A stretch of 64,000 bases of DNA from Candidatus Amesbacteria bacterium RIFCSPLOWO2_01_FULL_48_25 (GCA_001773695.1 MEXN01000007.1:47388-111387), one strand, 5' to 3'; shown: positions 28,276-37,329, counted from the first letter of the stretch. Notes: generated by a model not told the origin, from the sequence alone. Translations and numbers: made by a program.

Positions 28276-30465
28276 CTATCTATACCGACGGTCCGATGAG
28301 TGACGACGAGGTATGGGAGCGGAGAAATGGCCGGAGGGTCTGGGCGAAGGCTCGGGGCGAGCTTTGGACTCGGGCCGACCTTGGTCATCGAAAATCATGC
28401 TCAAGCCCACTTTACCTTGGGAATCGACATCCGTCACCCAGACTTTAATTTTTTGGCCTTCGGAAACTACTTGAAACGGATCTGAAACAAAATCACGGCC
28501 CATTTGAGAAACATGGACTAAGCCGTCTTTGTTGGGGGCGATGTTGACAAAAGCTCCGTAGGGCTGAATCCGGGCCACTGTACCTTCGTAAATTTCTCCA
28601 ACCTGAATTTCTTTACCAATACCTGCTATCCAGGCCAGGGCCTTTTTGACGCCGTCGGCATTTGTCCCAGAAACAAAAACAGACCCGTCATCACGAACGT
28701 CAATTGTGGTTTCGGTATCGGCCATGAGCTTCTTTATAACTTTGCCGCCGGGACCTATGAGTTCGCCGATTTTTTCCGGGGGAATTTGAGTGGTACTAAT
28801 CTGGGGGGCATACGCTGACAGTTGGGGCCGGCTTTGGGGTAAAACGGCTAACATGGCTTCGAGAATTTGCAGCCGGGCGGACTTGGCTTGAGTAAGCGTG
28901 TCCTTACAAATATCCAGGGTTAACCCCGGGACTTTGACGTCCAGCTGGATGGCAGTGACGCCGGTTTTGGTACCGGCAACTTTAAAGTCCATATCCCCGT
29001 GGTGATCCTCGAGGCCGATGATGTCTGTTAATAGTGCGTAGTTCTTAGTACTTAGGGGGTAGTCGTCGGGCGTGACAAGACCTACTGATATTCCGGCCAC
29101 TGGAGCTAAAATAGGCACGCCGGTGTCCATGAGAGACAAAGTCGAACCGCAAGCGGAAGCCATGGAAGTGGAACCGTTGGAGGACATGATTTCGGAGACG
29201 ACGCGGATGGCGTAGGGGAAATCGGACTCGGGGGGGATGACCGGGGCTAGAGCTCTTTCGGCCAGAGCACCATGGCCAATTTCCCGGCGGCCGGGTTGAC
29301 CTATTTTGCCGGTTTCACCGGTGGAAAAGGGCGGGAAGTTGTAGTGAAGCATGAAGCGCTTTTGTTCCTCGCCTTCGGCCGACTCGAGTGATTGGGACAG
29401 AGACGGCGCGCCAAGTGTGGTTACTACCAGGGCCTGGGTTTGACCGCGCTTGAACATGGCCGAGCCGTGGACCCGGGGCAGTACCCCGACTTCGATTGAA
29501 AGATCACGAATTTCATCTAACTTGCGCCCGTCAGGACGAATGGATTTAGTTAAAATATTTTTTCTAATAGTTTTATAGAGAAGGTCCTCGACTATAACGG
29601 GGACTTGGGGCTTGAGGGCTACATCTACCGACTCGGAAAGGGAGCTTATGATTTCTGTTAGGCTGTTTCCCTCTTTGGTAGATGAGGAGGAAATATATTC
29701 ATCTATCATTTTTTGACCGGATGCGTGAATTTGAGTTACCAAATCAGCATTGAGCTGGGGGGGGGCGATTGATATTCTGGCCGGGGAGATCTCGGAGGCC
29801 AGGTCTGAGATGAGTTTGATGACATCCTGATTGGTGGCAAAACCGGTTTCCAGGGCTTTAAATACCAGGTCTTCGGGAACTTGGTTTGCACCGGCTTCGA
29901 TCATATCGATTAATTTGTCGGTGCTGGTAACTACTAAATCTAGCTTGGCGCCGAAACGATTGCCGTTTTCGGGGTTGACGACCAATTGATCATCGGGGGT
30001 AAGTCCGACGCGGACGGCGCCTACCGGGCCGGCCCAAGGAAGAGGAGAAAGGGCTAGGGCGGCCGAGGCAGCAATAATGCCTAAAACATCGGCATCGTTT
30101 TTCATATCCACAGACAAAACGGTGACGATAACCTGAATTTCGTGGCGGAGGCTTTTGGGAAAAAGGGGACGAATGGAACGGTCGATGAGGCGGCCGGACA
30201 AAATCTCGGCGTCCGTGCCACGGCCCTCGCGTTTGACCCAACGCGAGCCCTTAATGCGGCCACCGGCATAGAGCCGTTCCTGGTAATCGACCTGGAGGGG
30301 GACGTAGTCCTTTTTGAGGGCTTCGGCGCCCATGACAACTGTCGCCAATAGAGAAGTATCCCCATAACGGGCGTAGACAGCGCTGGTTGCCTGGGCAGCG
30401 TATTTGCCGACTTCAAGCGTGAGAGTCCGACCGGCCAGTTCAATAGATTTACTTACAACTTTCAT
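28276..30465 (-). CDS. pnp: Polyribonucleotide nucleotidyltransferase
   Basis: Two RNase PH domains (RREIGHGALAE, GDMDFKVAGT), KH, S1. Confidence 0.99.
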   Translation of the reverse strand: MKVVSKSIELAGRTLTLEVGKYAAQATSAVYARYGDTSLLATVVMGAEALKKDYVPLQVDYQERLYAGGRIKGSRWVKREGRGTDAEILSGRLIDRSIRPLFPKSLRHEIQVIVTVLSVDMKNDADVLGIIAASAALALSPLPWAGPVGAVRVGLTPDDQLVVNPENGNRFGAKLDLVVTSTDKLIDMIEAGANQVPEDLVFKALETGFATNQDVIKLISDLASEISPARISIAPPQLNADLVTQIHASGQKMIDEYISSSSTKEGNSLTEIISSLSESVDVALKPQVPVIVEDLLYKTIRKNILTKSIRPDGRKLDEIRDLSIEVGVLPRVHGSAMFKRGQTQALVVTTLGAPSLSQSLESAEGEEQKRFMLHYNFPPFSTGETGKIGQPGRREIGHGALAERALAPVIPPESDFPYAIRVVSEIMSSNGSTSMASACGSTLSLMDTGVPILAPVAGISVGLVTPDDYPLSTKNYALLTDIIGLEDHHGDMDFKVAGTKTGVTAIQLDVKVPGLTLDICKDTLTQAKSARLQILEAMLAVLPQSRPQLSAYAPQISTTQIPPEKIGELIGPGGKVIKKLMADTETTIDVRDDGSVFVSGTNADGVKKALAWIAGIGKEIQVGEIYEGTVARIQPYGAFVNIAPNKDGLVHVSQMGRDFVSDPFQVVSEGQKIKVWVTDVDSQGKVGLSMIFDDQGRPESKARPEPSPRPSGHFSAPIPRRHSSDRRYR

Positions 30466-30476
30466 TGATGCAATTC

Positions 30477-30561
30477 CGAAGCGTTCCAGAAGTCTGAAGA
30501 AGAGTGAAAAACTGTTCTTCGCACCTCTTGAACTGCTTCGCTTTGTAGGTGGATTATAACA
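30477..30561 (-). promoter_or_regulatory. pnp promoter (TGtTATAAT) and long double-stranded 5' leader hairpin
   Basis: CGAAGC.GTTC.AGAGGT..GAAGAA.AGT-loop-ACT.TTCTTC..ACTTCT.GAAC-GCTTCG over 30477-30540. Confidence 0.8.
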
Positions 30562-30564
30562 GAG

Positions 30565-30834
30565 TTATTTAGATAATCCAAGTTTTTTAACTAAGGCTTG
30601 ATATCTTTTAAGATCTTTTTTCTGCAGGTAATACAACAGTCGGCGGCGTTTACTGACCATACTAATGAGGCCTCTTCGAGAATGATTGTCTTTTTTGTGG
30701 GCTTTTAAATGCTCGGAAAGCTTGACGATCTTTTCGGTTAGAAGAGCCACCTGGACCTCAGGAGATCCAGTGTCCCCCGCCCCCTGGGCATATTTTTGGA
30801 TGATGTCGAGTTTGGCGGTAGTAGGTAGAGCCAT
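30565..30834 (-). CDS. rpsO: 30S ribosomal protein uS15
   Basis: [24 protein letters not shown]. Confidence 0.99.
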   Translation of the reverse strand: MALPTTAKLDIIQKYAQGAGDTGSPEVQVALLTEKIVKLSEHLKAHKKDNHSRRGLISMVSKRRRLLYYLQKKDLKRYQALVKKLGLSK

Positions 30835-30850
30835 ATGGCATTAAAAAATT

Positions 30851-30926
30851 AAGAGATAGGGCGAAAGAGAGTATCACAACTGAACCGTCTTTCGTTAATT
30901 CTCTTGTTTAGGATGGAGCTATTATA
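30851..30926 (-). promoter_or_regulatory. rpsO promoter (TATAAT) and structured leader
   Basis: AAGAGA/TCTCTT and CGAAAGA/TCTTTCG nested pairings. Confidence 0.65.
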
Positions 30927-30946
30927 CAACTAAATATAAGATATTT

Positions 30947-31171
30947 CTAGGACTTGGTTTCAAAAGGGGCTTTTAGGGCTTGGTAAAGTCTATCGAATTC
31001 CCCGTCAGTTAGATAGCCAAGTGCACGTCGGAGTTGAAGATTAACAATAAAGGGGGGTGAAAGAGTGGCTAATGCAGCGGATCTTACTTCGGATGTGGAA
31101 AAAACTTTAAGAATGTTATTTCTAAAACCTTGAATGTCAGCTAAAGTTTGGGTTTCCAATTGTTGTGTCAT
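30947..31171 (-). CDS. Hypothetical ORFan (74 aa)
   Basis: AT-rich; preceded by TGcTACAAT formed by the duplicated DHH gene end. Confidence 0.7.
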   Translation of the reverse strand: MTQQLETQTLADIQGFRNNILKVFSTSEVRSAALATLSPPFIVNLQLRRALGYLTDGEFDRLYQALKAPFETKS

Positions 31172-31187
31172 ACTTTAATGAATTGAG

Positions 31188-31219
31188 CTATTGTAGCATG
31201 GGGCCGCGGTAGATTTTGG
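31188..31219 (-). repeat. Direct-repeat copy of the DHH gene 3' end (32462-32493)
   Basis: 30/32 identical; both mismatches are third codon positions (CTA/CTC, TAG/TAA); encodes KIYRGPMLQ*. Confidence 0.95.
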
Positions 31220-31262
31220 TCGGTTTGACATAAGTCTATATGCAGTGTAGTATCCGGCTTAA

Positions 31263-31718
31263 ATGTTGGATAGATTGAAAACGGAGGACACACGGCTCAA
31301 AGAGGCAATTGCTTTGTACGAGCCGGTGAGGGTTTCCTTCGCGAGGCTTATGGAACAAGAGGGAAAGAGGATAGACCTGGGGTGGGGACATACTCTTATT
31401 ACTGGTGCTGGGAGCAGATATGTGTGGGAGTGTTCAGGGGTTCAAGTGGGTGGTGTGAAAATATCAATGGAGACGAGTGACGATGATAGGTTTGGTGGAG
31501 ATTTAAGAAGTGCGACACTTCACGTTGTGGTGTCTAGGGAATGGGCTAGTGAGAAGTTTGATCTGGAACCGACTGGGCATGTTGGAAGCGGGAGACTAAA
31601 CTCTAGGAGTGTGGGGAAGATGGCGGAAGATTTGAAAGAGCTGGCGGATGAAATTAACCAATACTTAAATCCTCGCAAAAACATTCATAGGAATTATGGA
31701 GGGGCAGGGTCGAGGTAG
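31263..31718 (+). CDS. Hypothetical ORFan (151 aa)
   Basis: TTGACA-17-TAGTAT promoter directly upstream. Confidence 0.75.
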   Translation: MLDRLKTEDTRLKEAIALYEPVRVSFARLMEQEGKRIDLGWGHTLITGAGSRYVWECSGVQVGGVKISMETSDDDRFGGDLRSATLHVVVSREWASEKFDLEPTGHVGSGRLNSRSVGKMAEDLKELADEINQYLNPRKNIHRNYGGAGSR

Positions 31719-31724
31719 ATCTAG

Positions 31725-31785
31725 CTAAAGTTCTTTTGCTAGATATTGCACCAGACATATACTCTTCCTGTGGGCGGATCTTCTC
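31725..31785 (-). pseudogene. Internally deleted fragment of ORF 32230-32460
   Basis: 31727-31744 = 32232-32249 (18 bp) and 31745-31785 = 32368-32408 (41 bp), joined at GCTAGAT microhomology. Confidence 0.9.
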
Positions 31786-31828
31786 AACCAGCTTTCGTTA
31801 GTTCTCTTGGACAGGTGTGATTGTATCA
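31786..31828 (-). repeat. Diverged orphan copy of rpsO promoter plus 5' half of leader
   Basis: 31786-31809 matches 30883-30906 at 21/24; preceded by extended -10 TGaTACAAT. Confidence 0.85.
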
Positions 31829-31834
31829 CCAAAG

Positions 31835-32179
31835 CTAAGCTTTGAAAAGATTCTTTACAAACACCTCTACTCTTTCGCTGGGTTCATTCGCTCGCGCGCA
31901 GTGAATTAGGGCGGCTGCAGCAAGAGCTTCCAGTTCTCCACTTATATTTTCTCGCATTATAGTTACTGAGTCGTACCCTTCTTGTGGATGATTTATAAGG
32001 AAATTAATACCGGTTACATAGGCGACAAAAGCAACTTCAACGTCAGGCATACCTTTAATTTTTTCTGCAATTTGTAATTGGTCGGGTTTGTCGTACCCAG
32101 CTAATTTAGCCATGTCTTCAAGATCTTGGGCAGTGACACGGATTTCTTCTTTTCTTGCGGGCCTACCTTTTCGTCTCAT
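31835..32179 (-). CDS. Hypothetical ORFan (114 aa)
   Basis: TTGACA-16-TATAAT, ATG 6 nt later (leaderless). Confidence 0.75.
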   Translation of the reverse strand: MRRKGRPARKEEIRVTAQDLEDMAKLAGYDKPDQLQIAEKIKGMPDVEVAFVAYVTGINFLINHPQEGYDSVTIMRENISGELEALAAAALIHCARANEPSERVEVFVKNLFKA

Positions 32180-32229
32180 TGCGCAATTATAGGATATTTT
32201 TGGTTGTTGTCAATTATTGCAACCTGGAG

Positions 32230-32460
32230 TCAAAGTTCTTTTGCTAGATCTGGATAGATTTTCGTGAGAAATGGACAGTTCTTACAATCGTTGGTCTTTG
32301 GTTCATTCACCCAATATATTTCATCAGGAGTCAGGTGCCGGTTTATGCAAAGTGAGGCAGTGGCTAGATTGCACCAGACATATACTCTTCCTGTGGGCGG
32401 ATCTTCTCCAAAAAGTTCAGCGTAAGGGAACTTGTCCTTTTCAAAAACGAGCTGGCTCAT
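32230..32460 (-). CDS. Hypothetical Cys-containing ORFan (76 aa)
   Basis: ATG 1 nt after DHH stop (MSQLVFEK...CKNC...). Confidence 0.7.
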   Translation of the reverse strand: MSQLVFEKDKFPYAELFGEDPPTGRVYVWCNLATASLCINRHLTPDEIYWVNEPKTNDCKNCPFLTKIYPDLAKEL

Positions 32461-32461
32461 T

Positions 32462-33346
32462 TTATTGGAGCATGGGGCCGCGGTAGATTTTGGGGGCGTA
32501 CCAGTCGGCGGGGGCGGTAGTAGTGGGGCCGGGAGTGTCTTTGAATTCGGCAACGGCTTCGGCAGTGCCCGGCGAGGTGGGAATGGAGCCGGCTGGGAAA
32601 TCTGCAGCTGAAATGGGCGCTTGCCTGCGGGCGCCACTCTTCATAAGCCGGGCGGCAGTTTCGAAAGTGCCGGCAGAAATGGCGGGGTGGGTGAAATTCT
32701 GGGTAGCGCCTTCTAAGCCTATAAATAGATTGGTGGCGGCATCGGCAGAAAAAGGAAGACTTAAGGATTCTATAATATACGTCGTGACTTCGATTAATGA
32801 AGTGGCGGTAGGGTCATAGAATTGATGGGGGGTGTAGTTTTCGGCTGGGGGGCGGGTGGTAAGAGAGACCAGCTGGCGGTGGGATTGAAGAAGATCGCGA
32901 CTATTTTCGTAAATTTGACCAAGATCCGAAAGACGATCGACTCCGACTAGAAAAATAGTATCGGCTTGGCTTGCTGGAATATATTTGAGTTTTTGATGAT
33001 CAATAAGGGGAGCGTCGGGTTTGGGAGAGACTACCAGGCGCAGTTCCCCGGACTCGATGTGGTAACTGATCTTATCCACGTGCTCGGTCTGTTCGGGAAA
33101 GGAAATAATTAGATTCCTACCTCCAAAATGGGTGGAAACCGAGTCCACTCCAACCAGGCGGTTAAACTCGACCGTCATGGGGTCGGGGCAGCCGACGTGG
33201 GTGGATTTGCCAACTTCGTCGCAAATTAGTTTCAGGGCCAGAGCAGTGGCTACAGCGTCAAGGCTGGGATTTTGGGGAAGCAAAAAGGCCAGGGATTGGG
33301 AAGAGGTGAGCAGACTCTTTAGTTGGGTAGTATCGGGATCGGCCAT
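32462..33346 (-). CDS. DHH/NrnA-like phosphoesterase homolog with degenerate active site
   Basis: NPSLDAVATALAL, ATNLFIGLEGATQNF, TFETAARLMKSGAR; position after infB; no DHH motif. Confidence 0.75.
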   Translation of the reverse strand: MADPDTTQLKSLLTSSQSLAFLLPQNPSLDAVATALALKLICDEVGKSTHVGCPDPMTVEFNRLVGVDSVSTHFGGRNLIISFPEQTEHVDKISYHIESGELRLVVSPKPDAPLIDHQKLKYIPASQADTIFLVGVDRLSDLGQIYENSRDLLQSHRQLVSLTTRPPAENYTPHQFYDPTATSLIEVTTYIIESLSLPFSADAATNLFIGLEGATQNFTHPAISAGTFETAARLMKSGARRQAPISAADFPAGSIPTSPGTAEAVAEFKDTPGPTTTAPADWYAPKIYRGPMLQ

Positions 33347-33350
33347 GAAA

Positions 33351-34754
33351 TTAAACCTCGACGGCAATTATAAGATCGCCGGGTTTAAAGTCAATATATG
33401 GGCTGAACACGGCACCGAATTCCAAGCCAGATTTTACAGTGATGACATTGGATTTTCCTGATTTTAAGGACTTTATTCGAGTTTCTCCGACTAGAATGTC
33501 GCCGCGCATTATCTTTATTTTATGGGACTTGTTAATGACTCCCTCGGTGCATTTACAGCCTGCAATCCGGTCGGTGTTAATTTTGAACTGGGCGATTATT
33601 TGGGCTCGTCCGAGTATGTTCTCCACCACCGGCTGGACTATAAGTTTATCGATTTGCTCCAATAGTTCGTAAATGATTTTGAAGGAGTAAATACTAACTT
33701 TTTCGACTTCGGCAAGCTTGGATACTGAGGCTGGAGCTTTGACATTGAAGCCGACCACAATGCCAGCCCCGGACTTGGCGGTGGAAATGTTGGTTTCAGT
33801 GATATCGCCGGTACCAGAAGATAAGACAGTTACTGTTGGGGGGAGAGCATTTAATATAGCCTCTAAAGAGCCGGCGACATCGGCACGAAGAATGATATTG
33901 AGCCCGGAGGATTCTGTAACTCCCCCTGCATCCCCTCTTGATTCAAGAGGGGGAACTTTAGTGGGAAACATTGGGGCTGCACTAATCAGTGACCCTACAA
34001 CAGGTACTGTGTTTAGACCTAATATTTCAACCGGGGTTGAGGGGGGAGCTTGTTTAATATTTTGACCATCTGAGTCAATTAGAGCCCGGGCTTTACCGAT
34101 GACTTGGGCCTGATAAATTGCCGAACCTACCCGTAAAGTACCATTTTTCACGATAACCGTGGCTAGCGGGCCTTTTTGAGAATCCAGACGTGATTCCAAA
34201 ACTACCGCCGTTGCTGGAAGATCGGGATCGGATTGAGGGGGGTGAAGAGAAACAAGCAATTCAAGCATTTCAAGCAATTCAGGCAAGCCCTGGCCAGTTT
34301 TGGCTGAAATTGAAACCGCAGGAATTTTGCCACCAAAGTCTTCTACTATTACATTGGCTTCAGTTAATTGAGTCTTTACTTTATCGGGATTTGAGTCGGG
34401 CAAATCTGATTTGTTTAGAACCACGACGAAGGGAATGCCGGCTGCTTTTATAAACTCTATTGACTCTCTCGTCTGGGGCATAACACCATCGACCGCTGAA
34501 ATTACGAGAATGGCAATATCGGCAATTTCACTGCCCCGGGAACGCATAGCTGTAAAGGCCGCGTGACCGGGAGTGTCGATAAAAGTCATTAGCTTTAAGC
34601 TTTCAGTCTTTAGCTGGAAGGAGCGGATAGCTTGAGTGATGCCTCCGGTTTCACGGGCGGCAATGCTGGATTTTCGCAAGTAATCCAACAGAGTGGTCTT
34701 GCCATGATCGACATGGCCTAAAATTACTACGATGGGAGGACGAGGGATTTGCAT
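33351..34754 (-). CDS. infB: Translation initiation factor IF-2 (no N-terminal extension)
   Basis: [35 protein letters not shown]. Confidence 0.98.
   Translation of the reverse strand: MQIPRPPIVVILGHVDHGKTTLLDYLRKSSIAARETGGITQAIRSFQLKTESLKLMTFIDTPGHAAFTAMRSRGSEIADIAILVISAVDGVMPQTRESIEFIKAAGIPFVVVLNKSDLPDSNPDKVKTQLTEANVIVEDFGGKIPAVSISAKTGQGLPELLEMLELLVSLHPPQSDPDLPATAVVLESRLDSQKGPLATVIVKNGTLRVGSAIYQAQVIGKARALIDSDGQNIKQAPPSTPVEILGLNTVPVVGSLISAAPMFPTKVPPLESRGDAGGVTESSGLNIILRADVAGSLEAILNALPPTVTVLSSGTGDITETNISTAKSGAGIVVGFNVKAPASVSKLAEVEKVSIYSFKIIYELLEQIDKLIVQPVVENILGRAQIIAQFKINTDRIAGCKCTEGVINKSHKIKIMRGDILVGETRIKSLKSGKSNVITVKSGLEFGAVFSPYIDFKPGDLIIAVEV
33918..33956. repeat. REP-like palindrome, family 2, in-frame in infB
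   Basis: CCCCTCTTGA-T-TCAAGAGGGG hairpin; encodes VPPLESRGDAGGV. Confidence 0.8.
34590..34617. repeat. Degenerate 7-nt tandem repeat in-frame in infB
   Basis: TAGCTTT AAGCTTT CAGTCTT TAGCTGG, encoding QLKTESLKL. Confidence 0.75.
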
Positions 34755-34805
34755 AAATTATTCTAATTGTTCTAATTAACCTGATTTCTAAACAAGCTCC
34801 AGTTG

Positions 34806-35900
34806 TCATTGTGGCTTGTCGTCATTTGTGACGGTGTTTTCTTTCTTTTCCGAGGTGCCTTTTTCTTGGAGAATGGCTTTGCCGTCGCCTTTGATGTCGA
34901 TATGAAGCCCAGTAAGTTTCCCGGCTAATTTGGCGTTCTGACCCTCACGACCAATGGCCAGGGACAATTGATCTTCTGGGGCGGTAACTAAAGCGACTTG
35001 GTTTTTCAAGTCGACTTTGACACCCAGACCGGTAGCGGGAGAAAGAGCTGAGGCAACAAACTTTTCGATGTCTTCATTGAACTGGATGATGTCGATTTTC
35101 TCGCCATTTAGTTCGCCGATAACCGCCTGAACCCGGACACCCTTTTGGCCGACGCAGGAACCGACAGGATCCACGCCGGATTGGTGGGAGTAAACGGCAA
35201 TCTTAGTACGAGAGCCGGGGTCGCGGGCTATGGCTTTGACCTCCACGGCACCGGAGTTGACCTCCGGAACTTCGCGGCGAAAGAGTTCTTTTATAAGTCC
35301 CGTGTCGGTTCTGGAGACGACTACCTCCCGACCCCGGGCAGTCTCACGAATCGATAGTAAAAGGAAGGTGAGGCGTTGGTTGAGGTGATAATTTTCGGAG
35401 TGCACTTGTTCGGAGGGGGGGAGCACAGCTTCGGATTTACCAATGTCCACCATTATTTCGTTACCCACGAAGCGGATAATCATGCCGCTTACCAGTGTGC
35501 CCAGGCGCTTCTCGTATTCGGCGACGATAGTGGATTTCTCAGCCTCACGGATTTTTTGGATAATGACTTGTTTGGCAGTTTGGGCGGCAATACGGCCAAA
35601 CCCTGGCGGGGTAACGTCAGAACGGGGAGAACCCGCAACTGGCTTGACTTTACTGATTCCGTCTTCTTCGTATAACTCTCCGGCGACTTCGAAAATGCGG
35701 GCTTCGCCGGTACCAGGGTCCAGTTCCACATCGTAGACGTGGTCTTCTTGGTATATTTCGGGGTGGTCTTTTTTGAAAGCGGCGACAATTGATTGCCTGA
35801 TGGCATCAAGAATTATTTGGGGGTCCAGATTTCTTTCATGGGCCACCTGATTTAGAGCTGAGGCAAACTCGGATCTGGCGGTGATATTTGATCTGGACAT
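34806..35900 (-). CDS. nusA: Transcription factor NusA
   Basis: FGRIAAQTAKQV, DPVGSCVGQKG, LSLAIGREGQNAKLA. Confidence 0.98.
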   Translation of the reverse strand: MSRSNITARSEFASALNQVAHERNLDPQIILDAIRQSIVAAFKKDHPEIYQEDHVYDVELDPGTGEARIFEVAGELYEEDGISKVKPVAGSPRSDVTPPGFGRIAAQTAKQVIIQKIREAEKSTIVAEYEKRLGTLVSGMIIRFVGNEIMVDIGKSEAVLPPSEQVHSENYHLNQRLTFLLLSIRETARGREVVVSRTDTGLIKELFRREVPEVNSGAVEVKAIARDPGSRTKIAVYSHQSGVDPVGSCVGQKGVRVQAVIGELNGEKIDIIQFNEDIEKFVASALSPATGLGVKVDLKNQVALVTAPEDQLSLAIGREGQNAKLAGKLTGLHIDIKGDGKAILQEKGTSEKKENTVTNDDKPQ

Positions 35901-35913
35901 AATTGGCCGCAAT

Positions 35914-35940
35914 AAAAAAGTGGGCCTTAACTCCCACCTT
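35914..35940 (-). terminator. nusA leader attenuator hairpin
   Basis: AAGGTGGG-AGTTAAGG-CCCAC-TTTTTT downstream of TGaTATAAT (overlapping the dnaJ stop). Confidence 0.75.
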
Positions 35941-35966
35941 AGAATACTTAACCCGGGTTTATTATA

Positions 35967-36842
35967 TCAGCTTCTTCCGAATTCTTCCAGTAATTGTCTT
36001 TGTCTTCTGGATAAATTTTCGGGGAGTTTGATGAGGAGGCGGATATAGAAATCGCCGTGATCGCCTGAGCGAAGAGAGTGCAGTCTGGGTGCGCCACGGC
36101 CTGCTAGCCGGACGGTGGTCCCTGGTTGGGTACCTGGACGGATTTTGAGTTTTAAATCTCCGTCTAGCGTCGGAACTTCGGTCTCCCCCCCTAATATGGC
36201 CTGGGTGAAGGGGATGGGATGGTCTAGATAAAGGTCGTCGCTGTCACGCTTGAACTTGGCGTGAGTTTCAACTTCAAATGTGACGTCAAAATCGGAAAAA
36301 CGGAGGTGGGTGCCGGTATCGGCACCGGGGGGGATTTTTATGGTGTGTTTCTTGCCATCTATAGTCACTTCCTCGGTACCGCCTTTGATGGCGGTTAAAA
36401 ACGGAATACGCAAGGAGTAGTGGGGTTTGGCAGGCCCGCGACGGCCAGAAAAGCCGGTGCCACCGAAAAACTGTTCGAATATCTCGAAGGGATCGGAAAA
36501 ACCTCCAAAGTCGAAGTCGCCAAAGGGATTGGCACTGCCACCTCCGCCAGAATAATAATAGGTAAAGGGGCCTTGCTTGTATCCGCCTTGACCGCCAAAT
36601 CCACTAGCTGCGGCCGGGTCAAAGGCGGCATGGCCAAATTGATCGTATGTGGCTTTTTTCTTGGAATCGGAAAGAACTTGGTAGGCTTCGTTGATTTCTT
36701 TAAATTTGGTTTCGGCTTCCGGGGATTTATTTTTGTCCGGGTGCCACTCGAGGGCAAGCTTGCGGTAGGCTGATTTGAGTTCGGCAGCTGAGGCGGTCTT
36801 GGAAACGCCTAAAATATCGTAATAGTCTCTCTTGGTGGCCAT
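35967..36842 (-). CDS. dnaJ: DnaJ-class chaperone (type II, no Zn finger)
   Basis: J domain HPD, G/F region, C-terminal domain; no CxxCxGxG repeats. Confidence 0.92.
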   Translation of the reverse strand: MATKRDYYDILGVSKTASAAELKSAYRKLALEWHPDKNKSPEAETKFKEINEAYQVLSDSKKKATYDQFGHAAFDPAAASGFGGQGGYKQGPFTYYYSGGGGSANPFGDFDFGGFSDPFEIFEQFFGGTGFSGRRGPAKPHYSLRIPFLTAIKGGTEEVTIDGKKHTIKIPPGADTGTHLRFSDFDVTFEVETHAKFKRDSDDLYLDHPIPFTQAILGGETEVPTLDGDLKLKIRPGTQPGTTVRLAGRGAPRLHSLRSGDHGDFYIRLLIKLPENLSRRQRQLLEEFGRS

Positions 36843-36848
36843 GGCTGG

Positions 36849-36875
36849 TTATCAATTCTACCCCCGGAGTGCTAA
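36849..36875. promoter_or_regulatory. Degenerate CIRCE upstream of dnaJ
   Basis: TTATCAATT-N9-GAGTGCTAA (right arm perfect, left arm 6/9). Confidence 0.65.
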
Positions 36876-36925
36876 GTTGACAATTGGAAATGACAAATCA
36901 CTTTTAAATTATTATCCTGTAGTAG

Positions 36926-37234
36926 TTGGTTGAACCGATTTTCAGAGGGATAGAAAGAGCGTTTTTGATTGACCAAATAAGAAAAGTTGATAGACAAATG
37001 GGTTTCCATCAGGGGGCGGCAAATACTTTTGGTATAGCTGCTTCAAAAGAAGGCGTAGGGGGTTGGCCTAAAGTTTACTTCGGGAACGAGAGGAGAGCTC
37101 TTGGTCGGGACATCAAAAAAGAGGGGGGGGAGCTGGGCCGGCTTTTGAATTCACAGGCATTAAGACTTCGGGCTATGGAAGCTGTGATGGTATGGTCGGC
37201 AGTGGCAGGATTGGCAATTGGAATGTTGAAATAG
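36926..37234 (+). CDS. Hypothetical ORFan with C-terminal hydrophobic helix
   Basis: TTG start; ends AVMVWSAVAGLAIGMLK. Confidence 0.6.
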   Translation: MVEPIFRGIERAFLIDQIRKVDRQMGFHQGAANTFGIAASKEGVGGWPKVYFGNERRALGRDIKKEGGELGRLLNSQALRLRAMEAVMVWSAVAGLAIGMLK

Positions 37235-37329
37235 AGCTGCGGGAGATATTAAAATTACTTCCTACTTCGACAAAAATTTTGAGAAGATGGGGTTTGAGGT
37301 GTTATAATTTCGGCTATGTCTGCATTTGA

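Noticed and set aside
30883..32493. Prophage/ICE interpretation of the att-like direct repeats
   Set aside because: Only ~1.3 kb lies between the repeats, with no integrase, phage or conjugation genes; kept as a cassette-array finding instead
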